From the IMG/VR virus record IMGVR_UViG_3300017705_001252, positions 1 to 47,495 of that record: 47,495 bases of DNA, one strand, 5' to 3'. Source of the DNA: a virus. Taxonomy: Duplodnaviria; Caudoviricetes. The notes under the pieces are model-generated. The model searched no databases and was not told the DNA's origin. It saw only the letters and a program-made list of their open reading frames with translations. Below, one piece after another: positions 9,110-16,621 of this stretch. Position 1 is the stretch's first letter; each line of letters starts with the position of its first letter. The translations under genes were made by a program, and so were the position numbers.

Positions 9110-9627
9110 TGCCTTTACCAGTTCAAGTAACCAAAATTAAAATCGCTCAAAAAGAACTGTGTATGAGCGATGATGAATACCGAAGATTTTTAAGCAACTG
9201 GGGAGTGACAAGCTCTACTAAATTGACTATAGCCCAGGCGGATGAAGCGTTAATTCGACTCGAAGAACAAGGCTGGGTACCAAAGTCATCAAAGAAGAAA
9301 AAGAAGAGCAATTATGATCAGTATGCAAACCGATCATCTGAGTTTGCAGCTCCTAACCAGTTAAAATTGGCAGAGATTCTTTGGAAAATTGTGGCAAGAA
9401 ACCCAAGTGACGAAGCTCGGGATAAATTCATTTTCAGGCAAACAAAGATCCGGAAACTGGACTGGCTTAAAAAACCACACATTGAAGCGGTTCTATGTGC
9501 TTTGGAAGATATGTATCGAAAGCTACCGGTTGCCCAAATCGCCGAGAGAACTGATCTGCTCATTCCAAAGGATCAACAATTTGCAAAAGAGAATTTGATA
9601 AAAATACGAGAGGTAAAACATGGCTAA
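9109..9627 (+). CDS. gemA: GemA/gp16 (DUF1018) family protein
   Basis: KIKIAQKELCMSDDEYR.FL....VTSSTKL motif; start ATG 9109. Confidence 0.85.
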   Translation: MPLPVQVTKIKIAQKELCMSDDEYRRFLSNWGVTSSTKLTIAQADEALIRLEEQGWVPKSSKKKKKSNYDQYANRSSEFAAPNQLKLAEILWKIVARNPSDEARDKFIFRQTKIRKLDWLKKPHIEAVLCALEDMYRKLPVAQIAERTDLLIPKDQQFAKENLIKIREVKHG

Positions 9628-9952
9628 TAATTTGGACTGGATGCGTGATTTAGACGAGCCTGAAAAGTACTTGGATAAAGACATGAAGCTTGTATTCGAG
9701 AATTGCGGAATAGACACGGTTATTAGCCTCTTAGAGGGCTTACCATCCATAAATGTATATATAAGTTCAGCTTCGGTTACGAAGGCTCAGAAAGCGTATA
9801 TCGAGAAACATTTTGATGGCAATAACCAGAAAAAACTTGCGCTGGAAATCGGTTGTAGTGAACGGCTGGTATTCCAGACAACAAAAGAAGCTCAAAAAAA
9901 ACGTCACGAGGAAGTTCGGAAGAAGTCTCAAGCGGATTTATTTAATGAGTGA
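9620..9952 (+). CDS. mor: Mor/C-family transcription activator
   Basis: G.D....LL....S.NVYI and FDGNNQKKLALEIGCSERLV HTH; follows gemA. Confidence 0.85.
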   Translation: MANNLDWMRDLDEPEKYLDKDMKLVFENCGIDTVISLLEGLPSINVYISSASVTKAQKAYIEKHFDGNNQKKLALEIGCSERLVFQTTKEAQKKRHEEVRKKSQADLFNE

Positions 9953-9986
9953 TTAATTATCAATTAAGAATAGGAGAATTAGGAAT

Positions 9987-10247
9987 ATGAAAGATTTTGA
10001 TACATACACTAAAGATATGGATGAAAAGAAGGAGGCAGTTCTTAATGCTGAACCTGAAAAAATTCGCTTCAAGCACGGTTATGTGAGCTACTTGGCTCTT
10101 TATGAGATTGTGGCATTCATAAGTCGAGTTAATGTAAACAACGGGAAGCAGTCCTGGCAACGTATTTTTAAAACCTTCGATAAAGAAGAATATAAAGCCA
10201 AGGTAGATGAGCTGCTTTCTTCCGGCTGTTACGAGGAAGTGAAATGA
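9987..10247 (+). CDS. Hypothetical protein
   Basis: AGGA upstream; in operon. Confidence 0.65.
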   Translation: MKDFDTYTKDMDEKKEAVLNAEPEKIRFKHGYVSYLALYEIVAFISRVNVNNGKQSWQRIFKTFDKEEYKAKVDELLSSGCYEEVK

Positions 10248-10456
10248 AGCCTAAAAAAGTAGCCGTACTTGGAGATGCCGGAGCCGGACCTATTAGAGCT
10301 GCAGTACTAATAGAAAGTATCATGAGGGAAAGGGAGAATCCCGGGCTTTTAATCATACCAAATCTTAAGGATATAGATAAAAAAGCATTGGATGATATCA
10401 TTAAAGATATAAGAAATAATTCCCCACTAATTGTGGCAGGAATGGATATGGAATAA
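10244..10456 (+). CDS. Hypothetical protein
   Basis: ATGA overlap with the previous gene. Confidence 0.6.
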   Translation: MKPKKVAVLGDAGAGPIRAAVLIESIMRERENPGLLIIPNLKDIDKKALDDIIKDIRNNSPLIVAGMDME

Positions 10457-10485
10457 TTTTAACCATTAATTAACACACCAAATCA

Positions 10486-10980
10486 ATGAAAAACGATAAC
10501 GATTTACTTAAACCTGTCGAAGTTACCACTACCGACAAACAACTGATGGAGTCTCCTGAGCTGGGAAAAATAGCGAAGGATATGATCAAAAAGCACAATA
10601 TGGAATTTGGTCCCGCTGAGATCGGATACTTTCTGATCTACCCAAATATAAGCAAGCAACGAGTGGCCAAAGCCATGAAAGCAACTCGGGAAGTAAAATA
10701 TTATTCCGGAAACGATTATTTAATCGAGATCTCCGGTGAGCTTTGGGATATGCTGGACACCAAAACTAAAGAGATGGTTTTATATCATGAACTGCTACAC
10801 TTAGATCCTCGGTTTAAAAGCAAGACTCAGGAATGGAAAATGGAACTTAGAAAGCCCGATTTTGCGGATTTCTACACCATTAATGATAAGTATGGAAACG
10901 AATGGTACAAAACCGTTCAGGCTACAGCATCCTCGCTGTATGATTTAGATCCTCGCCAAGAAAGCAAGGTAAGCCTTTAA
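10486..10980 (+). CDS. Putative phage metallopeptidase
   Basis: HEXXH (YHELLH), DYLIEI..E.W and LRKPD..DF motifs. Confidence 0.8.
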   Translation: MKNDNDLLKPVEVTTTDKQLMESPELGKIAKDMIKKHNMEFGPAEIGYFLIYPNISKQRVAKAMKATREVKYYSGNDYLIEISGELWDMLDTKTKEMVLYHELLHLDPRFKSKTQEWKMELRKPDFADFYTINDKYGNEWYKTVQATASSLYDLDPRQESKVSL

Positions 10981-10985
10981 CCCAT

Positions 10986-11012
10986 ATTCACCCGGGTAAC
11001 TTCCGGGTGAAT
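10986..11012. terminator. Stem-loop (terminator or processing site)
   Basis: ATTCACCCGG...CCGGGTGAAT; weak U-tract. Confidence 0.5.
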
Positions 11013-11028
11013 TCTAATTCCTGATGAG

Positions 11029-11352
11029 ATGCATTATATAAAACACAATTCGCTTGGTTTCCACACCGGAAGATGGTACAAAATAGAGGAGCGCCGTTGG
11101 GTGCAGTTTAACATTGCCATGGATGGTAACTGCTATCGATTGATTATAAACAAAGGCTACGGACATCCAACCGGATCGGAAAAGCCAAGAGCAACTACCC
11201 AAATTGTAAGTGAACTCCGGGATAATTTAAAAGCTATTGAAAAGCTGTTTGATCGGCATGTAAAAGAGATGGAACATCGCTTCCCGGGATTGCGATCGAA
11301 CCTGCAGTTTGAGCTACAAAAATTAAGCTTAAAAGAACTTGGAGGTGTTTGA
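11029..11352 (+). CDS. Hypothetical protein
   Basis: 107-aa ORF in operon. Confidence 0.65.
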   Translation: MHYIKHNSLGFHTGRWYKIEERRWVQFNIAMDGNCYRLIINKGYGHPTGSEKPRATTQIVSELRDNLKAIEKLFDRHVKEMEHRFPGLRSNLQFELQKLSLKELGGV

Positions 11353-11353
11353 G

Positions 11354-11653
11354 ATGAAATACGTATCAAGAATTGGCCACCAACTGGTTAATAAAAACAA
11401 GCTCCATAAAGCGGTAAGTACCTATTTGAAATCTATCGATAGGATGTTAATCAATGATGAGAAGGAACTAGAACAATTCAAAGATCAAGTTCTATCTAAG
11501 ATATTGGAGCTTAATACGGATCATGCTCGCTGTAAACCACTTCATCCATCCTGGCATGAAATCAGCTATGACAATGATATCTATCTGTCCGGGGTAGAGT
11601 TCTGTTTATTTCATTTGCATCAAGTGAAGCAAGAATTCGAGGTTGAGAAATGA
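11354..11653 (+). CDS. Hypothetical protein
   Basis: GGAGG SD before ATG 11354. Confidence 0.7.
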   Translation: MKYVSRIGHQLVNKNKLHKAVSTYLKSIDRMLINDEKELEQFKDQVLSKILELNTDHARCKPLHPSWHEISYDNDIYLSGVEFCLFHLHQVKQEFEVEK

Positions 11654-12255
11654 ACAACGACCTAAAAATACGATTAGCCAAGCTCCGAGAACTTGCTGAA
11701 CGGGGTGCTACTGAAGGGGAAAAGAACGCAGCTCTGAAAGGCATGGAAAGATTAATTAAGAAACTCAATCTGGACGAGCAATTATTCCTGAACACTGGAA
11801 AGATGGATTATACTTTTCGTTATACAACCAATTTAGAAGTCTGGTTGTTAATTCAGATCACAGATGTACTCGTTGAGATCTCATACGATGACAAAATTAA
11901 AAGCCCAAGAGAGAAGATGATTTATATCAAGCTCAATTATCTCGATTACATCACTATTGAATGTGCCTACGAGTACTTTAGAAGGCATATGAAGAAAGAA
12001 TGGAACCGGACAGCCATTCCGGAGCTGAAGAAATGCAGGAAGGCTTCTACCAGGAATAAAAAACGTGCTGCACTTCAGAAAGCATTCTTTTCAGAATATG
12101 CGATCGCATCAGGATTAGTAAAACCATTTCAAATAGAGAAAGTGAAATTAACTTCACAGGAAGACCGAAAAAGAGCACGTTTATTTCGTGACATAGAAGG
12201 TGGAAAGTATAACCAGCAAGTAAATAACGGTTTATATTTGGAGGATGTGATATGA
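11650..12255 (+). CDS. DUF2786-like protein
   Basis: RLAKLRELAERGATEGEKNAA....RLIKKLNL N-terminal motif. Confidence 0.75.
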   Translation: MNNDLKIRLAKLRELAERGATEGEKNAALKGMERLIKKLNLDEQLFLNTGKMDYTFRYTTNLEVWLLIQITDVLVEISYDDKIKSPREKMIYIKLNYLDYITIECAYEYFRRHMKKEWNRTAIPELKKCRKASTRNKKRAALQKAFFSEYAIASGLVKPFQIEKVKLTSQEDRKRARLFRDIEGGKYNQQVNNGLYLEDVI

Positions 12256-12410
12256 AATACACCATCGAAGAGCTTAGTATTTGGAAAGAAAAGATCATGA
12301 ATGTGGAGCGTAGGCTACCGGCGATGTACTACACTCAAAGTACAAGGTTTGCCATGCCTCATCTTCTAAGAACTGAAGCTAGATATCGAATTAAATACGA
12401 TAGGAATTGA
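12252..12410 (+). CDS. Small hypothetical protein (52 aa)
   Basis: ATGA overlap and GGAGG SD; read manually. Confidence 0.55.
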   Translation: MKYTIEELSIWKEKIMNVERRLPAMYYTQSTRFAMPHLLRTEARYRIKYDRN

Positions 12411-12411
12411 G

Positions 12412-12561
12412 ATGATATATATAATTAAATACCACCCGGATTGGGCTCCCAAAGCGAATTTAAAAACAGAAGTTGAAGCTGATTCGAGAAAAGAAGCGAA
12501 AGAACACTTCGAAAAATACTATCCTCGTGGCGTTGCAAAATCAATTAGAAAAAAGAGATAA
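12412..12561 (+). CDS. Small hypothetical protein (49 aa)
   Basis: MIYIIKYHPDWAPK...VEADSRKEAKEHF; fills the gap between neighbours exactly. Confidence 0.55.
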   Translation: MIYIIKYHPDWAPKANLKTEVEADSRKEAKEHFEKYYPRGVAKSIRKKR

Positions 12562-12721
12562 TGAAAGATTTAGAAGTTATTTTGAGGAAAAGGATTTAGG
12601 AGATTATTCTCCCGGGCGGTTTGCCTGGTTAACGGATAACTGCAGGTCTGTGAAACCTTTTCCGGTAGTTGGCCAACAAGGGCTTTTTAATGTGGATGAT
12701 GAATTGATTGAGTTTTTGTGA
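12561..12721 (+). pseudogene. Remnant of an ASCH-domain gene
   Basis: GDYSPGRFAW...PFPVVGQQGLFNV resembles an ASCH C-terminus but is out of frame with the coupled ATG 12561. Confidence 0.6.
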
Positions 12722-12722
12722 G

Positions 12723-12890
12723 ATGAGAAAAATTGCCTACTTATTAAAATTTGAGCTCAAACCTAATTCTTGTGATGACTTAATTGTATTTGCTAGAAGT
12801 GAAGAAGCAGCGAAAAAAAAGGGGTATGATTATTACCAGAAGCGGGACATTTGGTTTGGTATTAAAATAGTAAGTGTGGTTAAATATTAG
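12723..12890 (+). CDS. Small hypothetical protein
   Basis: ATG 12723 right after the previous stop; IVFARSEEAAK. Confidence 0.55.
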   Translation: MRKIAYLLKFELKPNSCDDLIVFARSEEAAKKKGYDYYQKRDIWFGIKIVSVVKY

Positions 12891-12896
12891 GATCTA

Positions 12897-13604
12897 ATGA
12901 ATAAAATCCCACTTAAAATAGCACAACAAATAGCCTATCGATTAGGAAATTTAATGGCTCCGCATTGCTTAAGGGTTGAACTAGCAGGCTCGGTACGCCG
13001 AAAGAAACCTGAAGTTAGCGATATCGAAATGGTTGTTCATCCTAAAAAGTATTGGGTGGGCGTCGATCTTCCTCAGCAGGATATTTTTCAGCCTTCAAAG
13101 TCTCAAGCACACCGCAGTGAGCTGGTTGATCATTGCCTAATGAAACTCCCAAATACAACGTGGATTAAAACAGGCTTTAAGGATAGTTCAAACCCTATTA
13201 AACAGCATGGTAAAGAGGTATTAAAAGCCGTACCCGGAATGGCTCTGGATTTAGATGTTGCACTTAGCCCGGAGAAAAACTTCGGAGTCGATCGTAAGCA
13301 CTGGAAAGGATTGACCTGGTACAAAGATATACCGGTTAAACTCGATATCTTTCTGGCCGGATCAGATAACTTTGGAGCGATTCATTTTATCCGAACCGGT
13401 TCCAAAGAATTTAATCTTAAAATGATTGCTGCACTTAAAAAGAAAGGGTATGGATTTGAGGATGGATACTTAGTACATCTTTCCGGTAGCAAGCATGATA
13501 ATGGTAAAGCTCTGGGATTTGATCGTCAAGAATTTTGCTACGAAGAATCTATGATTTTTGAAAAAGCAGGAATGCCTTATATTGAACCAAAGAATAGAGG
13601 ATAG
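12897..13604 (+). CDS. Minimal family X (Pol beta-like) DNA polymerase / nucleotidyltransferase
   Basis: AGSVRRKKPEVSDIE, KLDIF, FGA..FIRTGSKEFN and EE..IF...GMPYIEP.NR motifs; no lyase or PHP domain. Confidence 0.88.
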   Translation: MNKIPLKIAQQIAYRLGNLMAPHCLRVELAGSVRRKKPEVSDIEMVVHPKKYWVGVDLPQQDIFQPSKSQAHRSELVDHCLMKLPNTTWIKTGFKDSSNPIKQHGKEVLKAVPGMALDLDVALSPEKNFGVDRKHWKGLTWYKDIPVKLDIFLAGSDNFGAIHFIRTGSKEFNLKMIAALKKKGYGFEDGYLVHLSGSKHDNGKALGFDRQEFCYEESMIFEKAGMPYIEPKNRG

Positions 13605-13607
13605 AAC

Positions 13608-13832
13608 ATGAATGAATTACAAAAACAGATTAAGATTCATTTTATAGATATTAATACGAAAAGCGACAAAGTAATAGCAATAAAAACTGAATATTATGTG
13701 CCTAGAGTTGGGGATGAAATAAGATTATCAGAAAACTTATTTTATAAAGTTGAAATGGTTGTTTGGATTTATGATGAACCCATGGAAAAATTTAGTCGTG
13801 TAAATATAGGTGTTTCAAAAGTGGAGTTATAA
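13608..13832 (+). CDS. Hypothetical protein
   Basis: VPRVGDEI...YKV..VVW small beta protein. Confidence 0.65.
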   Translation: MNELQKQIKIHFIDINTKSDKVIAIKTEYYVPRVGDEIRLSENLFYKVEMVVWIYDEPMEKFSRVNIGVSKVEL

Positions 13833-13833
13833 A

Positions 13834-14136
13834 ATGAAAAATCTAGATAATAAAATTCCGGAAAAGACAGAATATAAGTGGTTTCAAAAAGAGTCCTCAA
13901 ATCCCCGACTTAAAGAATTTGTTCTTTATGATCTGGAATCAGATCCTAAAAAATACTTTCCATTGGCAGAGGCTGACCAAAACCCGGGAGGTAGTTATTT
14001 CTGTACTGTCTGGAAATATGAAAATGGAGGTTTGTTTCCAATCCGAAGTTATGAACCAAATCAAAAGCATGCACTTGATTTTATATGGAAAAATCTAGAA
14101 ATGGAACCGATTGGTATTCCATTTCCACCCCAATAA
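13834..14136 (+). CDS. Hypothetical protein
   Basis: ATG 13834 right after the previous stop. Confidence 0.6.
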   Translation: MKNLDNKIPEKTEYKWFQKESSNPRLKEFVLYDLESDPKKYFPLAEADQNPGGSYFCTVWKYENGGLFPIRSYEPNQKHALDFIWKNLEMEPIGIPFPPQ

Positions 14137-14185
14137 ATTAGGGCGCCCCTGGAAGGACACCTAACCATAAATAAACAACAAACCG

Positions 14186-14680
14186 ATGATGAGAACTAAA
14201 ACTATACTACTAATTATTTGCACTGCCTTTCTTTATTCATGCGCAGCACCAGGAAGTTTAAATCTTCCAAAAGATGAAAATGGAAACTATGAATACCAAG
14301 GTGTTATAACTGTAGCTGATAAAACACAAGCTGAACTACACGATGCTGCCAAGGAATGGGTAGTGCTTAATTTCAGATCGGCTCAGGACGTTATTCAATT
14401 AGATGATCCTGAATCCGGTCAGCTTATAGCTAAAGGGTACTACGGAATCATGATGGTCGGTATGGAGCGCCAAATATATCACACATTAAGGCTTGAAAGC
14501 CGTGATGGTCGGTTCCGATATACGATTAATGATTTTGAGTATTATACACCCGGCCAACAAAGGATGTCTTTAGAGCGAACCACATTAACACAACAACAAG
14601 GTGATAAAATTGATGAGCGTGTAAAAGAAACCATTTCCAGTCTAGAGAAGGCTTTGAATACCGAAAGTGAAGACTGGTAG
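14186..14680 (+). CDS. Lipoprotein, DUF4468-like
   Basis: Lipobox FLYSC; AKEW....F.SAQDVIQLDD.ESG.LIAKG and RDGRFRY motifs. Confidence 0.8.
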   Translation: MMRTKTILLIICTAFLYSCAAPGSLNLPKDENGNYEYQGVITVADKTQAELHDAAKEWVVLNFRSAQDVIQLDDPESGQLIAKGYYGIMMVGMERQIYHTLRLESRDGRFRYTINDFEYYTPGQQRMSLERTTLTQQQGDKIDERVKETISSLEKALNTESEDW

Positions 14681-14703
14681 ATAATCTATTACCCCTTAAG
14701 CCC

Positions 14704-14738
14704 AAGCCCTGAGTAAGAAATTATTCAGGGCTTTTTTT
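14704..14738 (+). terminator. Rho-independent terminator
   Basis: GCCCTGAGTAA-GAAA-TTATTCAGGGC followed by T7. Confidence 0.85.
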
Positions 14739-14786
14739 ATGGCATTTAATGGTTGTTTAAATGCCAATGAAATTCGATTTTAAAGC

Positions 14787-14922
14787 CTCCCAAAATCACT
14801 AGAAGAAAATACCGGCTATGGTGTCGGTGTTCGTCACTTGGAGGCTTAGCGGTCGATCAGGTGGAGATTCTAGTGATCTTTGGGAGCGACCCGGCACCTT
14901 TTTTAAATTCCCAGAACACTAG
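14787..14922 (+). ncRNA. C4/CI-like antisense RNA leader with flanking target sites, upstream of the BRO gene
   Basis: TTCTAGTGATCTTTGGGAG (14868-14886) is complementary to 14787-14804 and to 14908-14922 just before the ATG; closing stem GGTGTCGG/CCGGCACC plus T-run. Confidence 0.7.
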
Positions 14923-14924
14923 CT

Positions 14925-15263
14925 ATGCCACATTCCCGAATTACTATTTCTTACCAAGATCAACCGATCCGAATATACGGCCTGCCCGATGAGCCGGTTT
15001 TCAGATATCAGGACATAAGTGCTATACTGACTTCAAAAGAAAATGTATCGGTACATTTTTCACTAATACCCGAACTTGAGATATTCAATATTGATATCAA
15101 TAAAGAAGAAGTGCCTGTAGTTAATAACGCTGGTATCTATAAAATGATTTTTAATCCTCGTATCGAAAAAAATGTATCAATACATTTTGAGCGTTATTTT
15201 ATTGAAGAAGTTGAACCGGCGCTTAGAAAGTACGGTTATCCTGCAGAGAACAAATCCTGTTGA
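14925..15263 (+). CDS. BRO-N domain antirepressor-like protein
   Basis: IRIYG..DEPVF...DI..IL, VVNNAGIYKMIF, F.RY..EEV.PALRKYG motifs. Confidence 0.8.
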   Translation: MPHSRITISYQDQPIRIYGLPDEPVFRYQDISAILTSKENVSVHFSLIPELEIFNIDINKEEVPVVNNAGIYKMIFNPRIEKNVSIHFERYFIEEVEPALRKYGYPAENKSC

Positions 15264-16000
15264 GGCTTCCGGTAGTTCATTACCAGGATCTCCATTCTAC
15301 GGTTGTTTAAATTTCTCCGTATGCCTATTTCTTCCACAATCAGATCTCGTTCTTCAGCCTGCTCTAAAATGAAAGGATGATCGAATTCACTCATTGCCCA
15401 TTTAATTCCGGAATCCTGCAGTGTTTCAAATAACTCACTGGATAGTTCTTCGCTAAAACCCTGTGAGTAATTATTGGATGTATCGAGGTATGGAGGATCT
15501 GCATATACAAATGCCTTATCCCGATTTCCTTTTTCAATCTTCCGGAACACTTCTTTAAAATCAGAGCACATAAAATCTACATCATAGATCTGTTCATACA
15601 CCTTACGTAATCTGGAGAGTGCCAATTTCTTTGTATTCTTTGACGGGAACGAAAGCGTCTGCATTTGGCCGAGATAAGAAAAGTTACTTAGTACCAGGAA
15701 TCTTACTGCTCTCCAGACGGGATCGATAGGAACTCCTTTTTTCCATTCTTCCCAAAGCTTCTCATGTATCGGCGTAAAGAACAGGCAATCGTAGAGATCT
15801 TCCCACCGGCGTTGAATCATAATAAATAGATTGTACACTTCCTCATCCAAATCATTGAGGATGTTAAATTTCGCTTTAGGCTTGCTGAAAAACATCCCTC
15901 CGGCACCAAAGAAAGGTTCTATGTACAGATCGTGCTTTGGAAAAAGTGGGATGATTTTATGAGCTAATGCTCTTTTATTACCTAATCTGGTTAAGATCAT
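15236..16000 (-). CDS. dam: Dam-like (D12 class) DNA adenine methyltransferase
   Basis: GNK..LA, YIEPFFGAGG, LNDLD, YADPPY. Confidence 0.92.
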   Translation of the reverse strand: MILTRLGNKRALAHKIIPLFPKHDLYIEPFFGAGGMFFSKPKAKFNILNDLDEEVYNLFIMIQRRWEDLYDCLFFTPIHEKLWEEWKKGVPIDPVWRAVRFLVLSNFSYLGQMQTLSFPSKNTKKLALSRLRKVYEQIYDVDFMCSDFKEVFRKIEKGNRDKAFVYADPPYLDTSNNYSQGFSEELSSELFETLQDSGIKWAMSEFDHPFILEQAEERDLIVEEIGIRRNLNNRRMEILVMNYRKPQQDLFSAG

Positions 16001-16458
16001 TTATCAACATGATTTAAAATTGCGTCTTTAATTTCTTCAGTAGCTTCTGAGCTTAAGTACGCCCAAGGTCGAGCGGGTATGGTTACCTTTTTACCTCTAC
16101 CGGCTTGCCCTCCAAAATGATGAATGGCAGCATATACTTTATTAGTAGAAACCCCGGCTTCGGTTTTAGTACTGTATTCCTGGAGCGATCCTAGCAAGCC
16201 TGAACCTCTACCTTGGCGCTGCAGTATTTTTCCCGGCCATTTGTTTTCTTTTTCCCGGTCTTCAATCGTTGCCGGTGCTAGTTCTAACCAAGGTTCATCA
16301 TTTGGTCCTACTTCATCTTCAAAATGTTGGCCAATGTCAGAAAGTATAATTTCGGAGATCTCTGAAGTCAACTCATCGGTATCTTCCAGATTCGTTACCA
16401 TATTTGTGAACCGGGTTAAGGTGGTACCTAAATCGACTTTAATTTCAGAATCGCTCAT
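15997..16458 (-). CDS. Phage virion morphogenesis protein (Mu gpG-like)
   Basis: GP.D.PW.EL, NKVYAAIHHFGG, IPARP motifs. Confidence 0.9.
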   Translation of the reverse strand: MSDSEIKVDLGTTLTRFTNMVTNLEDTDELTSEISEIILSDIGQHFEDEVGPNDEPWLELAPATIEDREKENKWPGKILQRQGRGSGLLGSLQEYSTKTEAGVSTNKVYAAIHHFGGQAGRGKKVTIPARPWAYLSSEATEEIKDAILNHVDK

Positions 16459-16460
16459 AA

Positions 16461-16489
16461 TTGTAGATGAAGTTGGTTTTAGTTATTTT
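16461..16489 (+). promoter_or_regulatory. Putative sigma70 promoter for the small RNA
   Basis: TTGTAG, 17-bp spacer, TATTTT. Confidence 0.5.
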
Positions 16490-16495
16490 TAAGCA

Positions 16496-16620
16496 ATGCT
16501 TGTGGGAAAGAATCTCTCGGCGAATGCAAAGGAGCGTAACTCGGCGCTCGGAAGTTCGACATTGGTGATGGGAGCCCAATGCACAAGTTTTATAAGGAGG
16601 CCTCGAGAGCCTCTTTTTTT
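16496..16620 (+). ncRNA. Putative structured small RNA (multi-stem plus pseudoknot) downstream of the MuF-nuclease gene
   Basis: Four helices, a possible loop pairing, G-U wobbles that only work on the + strand, and its own candidate promoter and terminator. Confidence 0.65.
16597..16620 (+). terminator. Rho-independent terminator antisense to the head operon
   Basis: GAGGC-ctcgaga-GCCTC followed by T7. Confidence 0.75.
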
Positions 16621-16621
16621 A

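Noticed and set aside
16496-16590. tRNA or known self-cleaving ribozyme
   Set aside because: GTTCGA is present but there is no T-arm/acceptor geometry or CCA, and no hammerhead CUGAUGA/GAAA core; I cannot assign a known family by eye.
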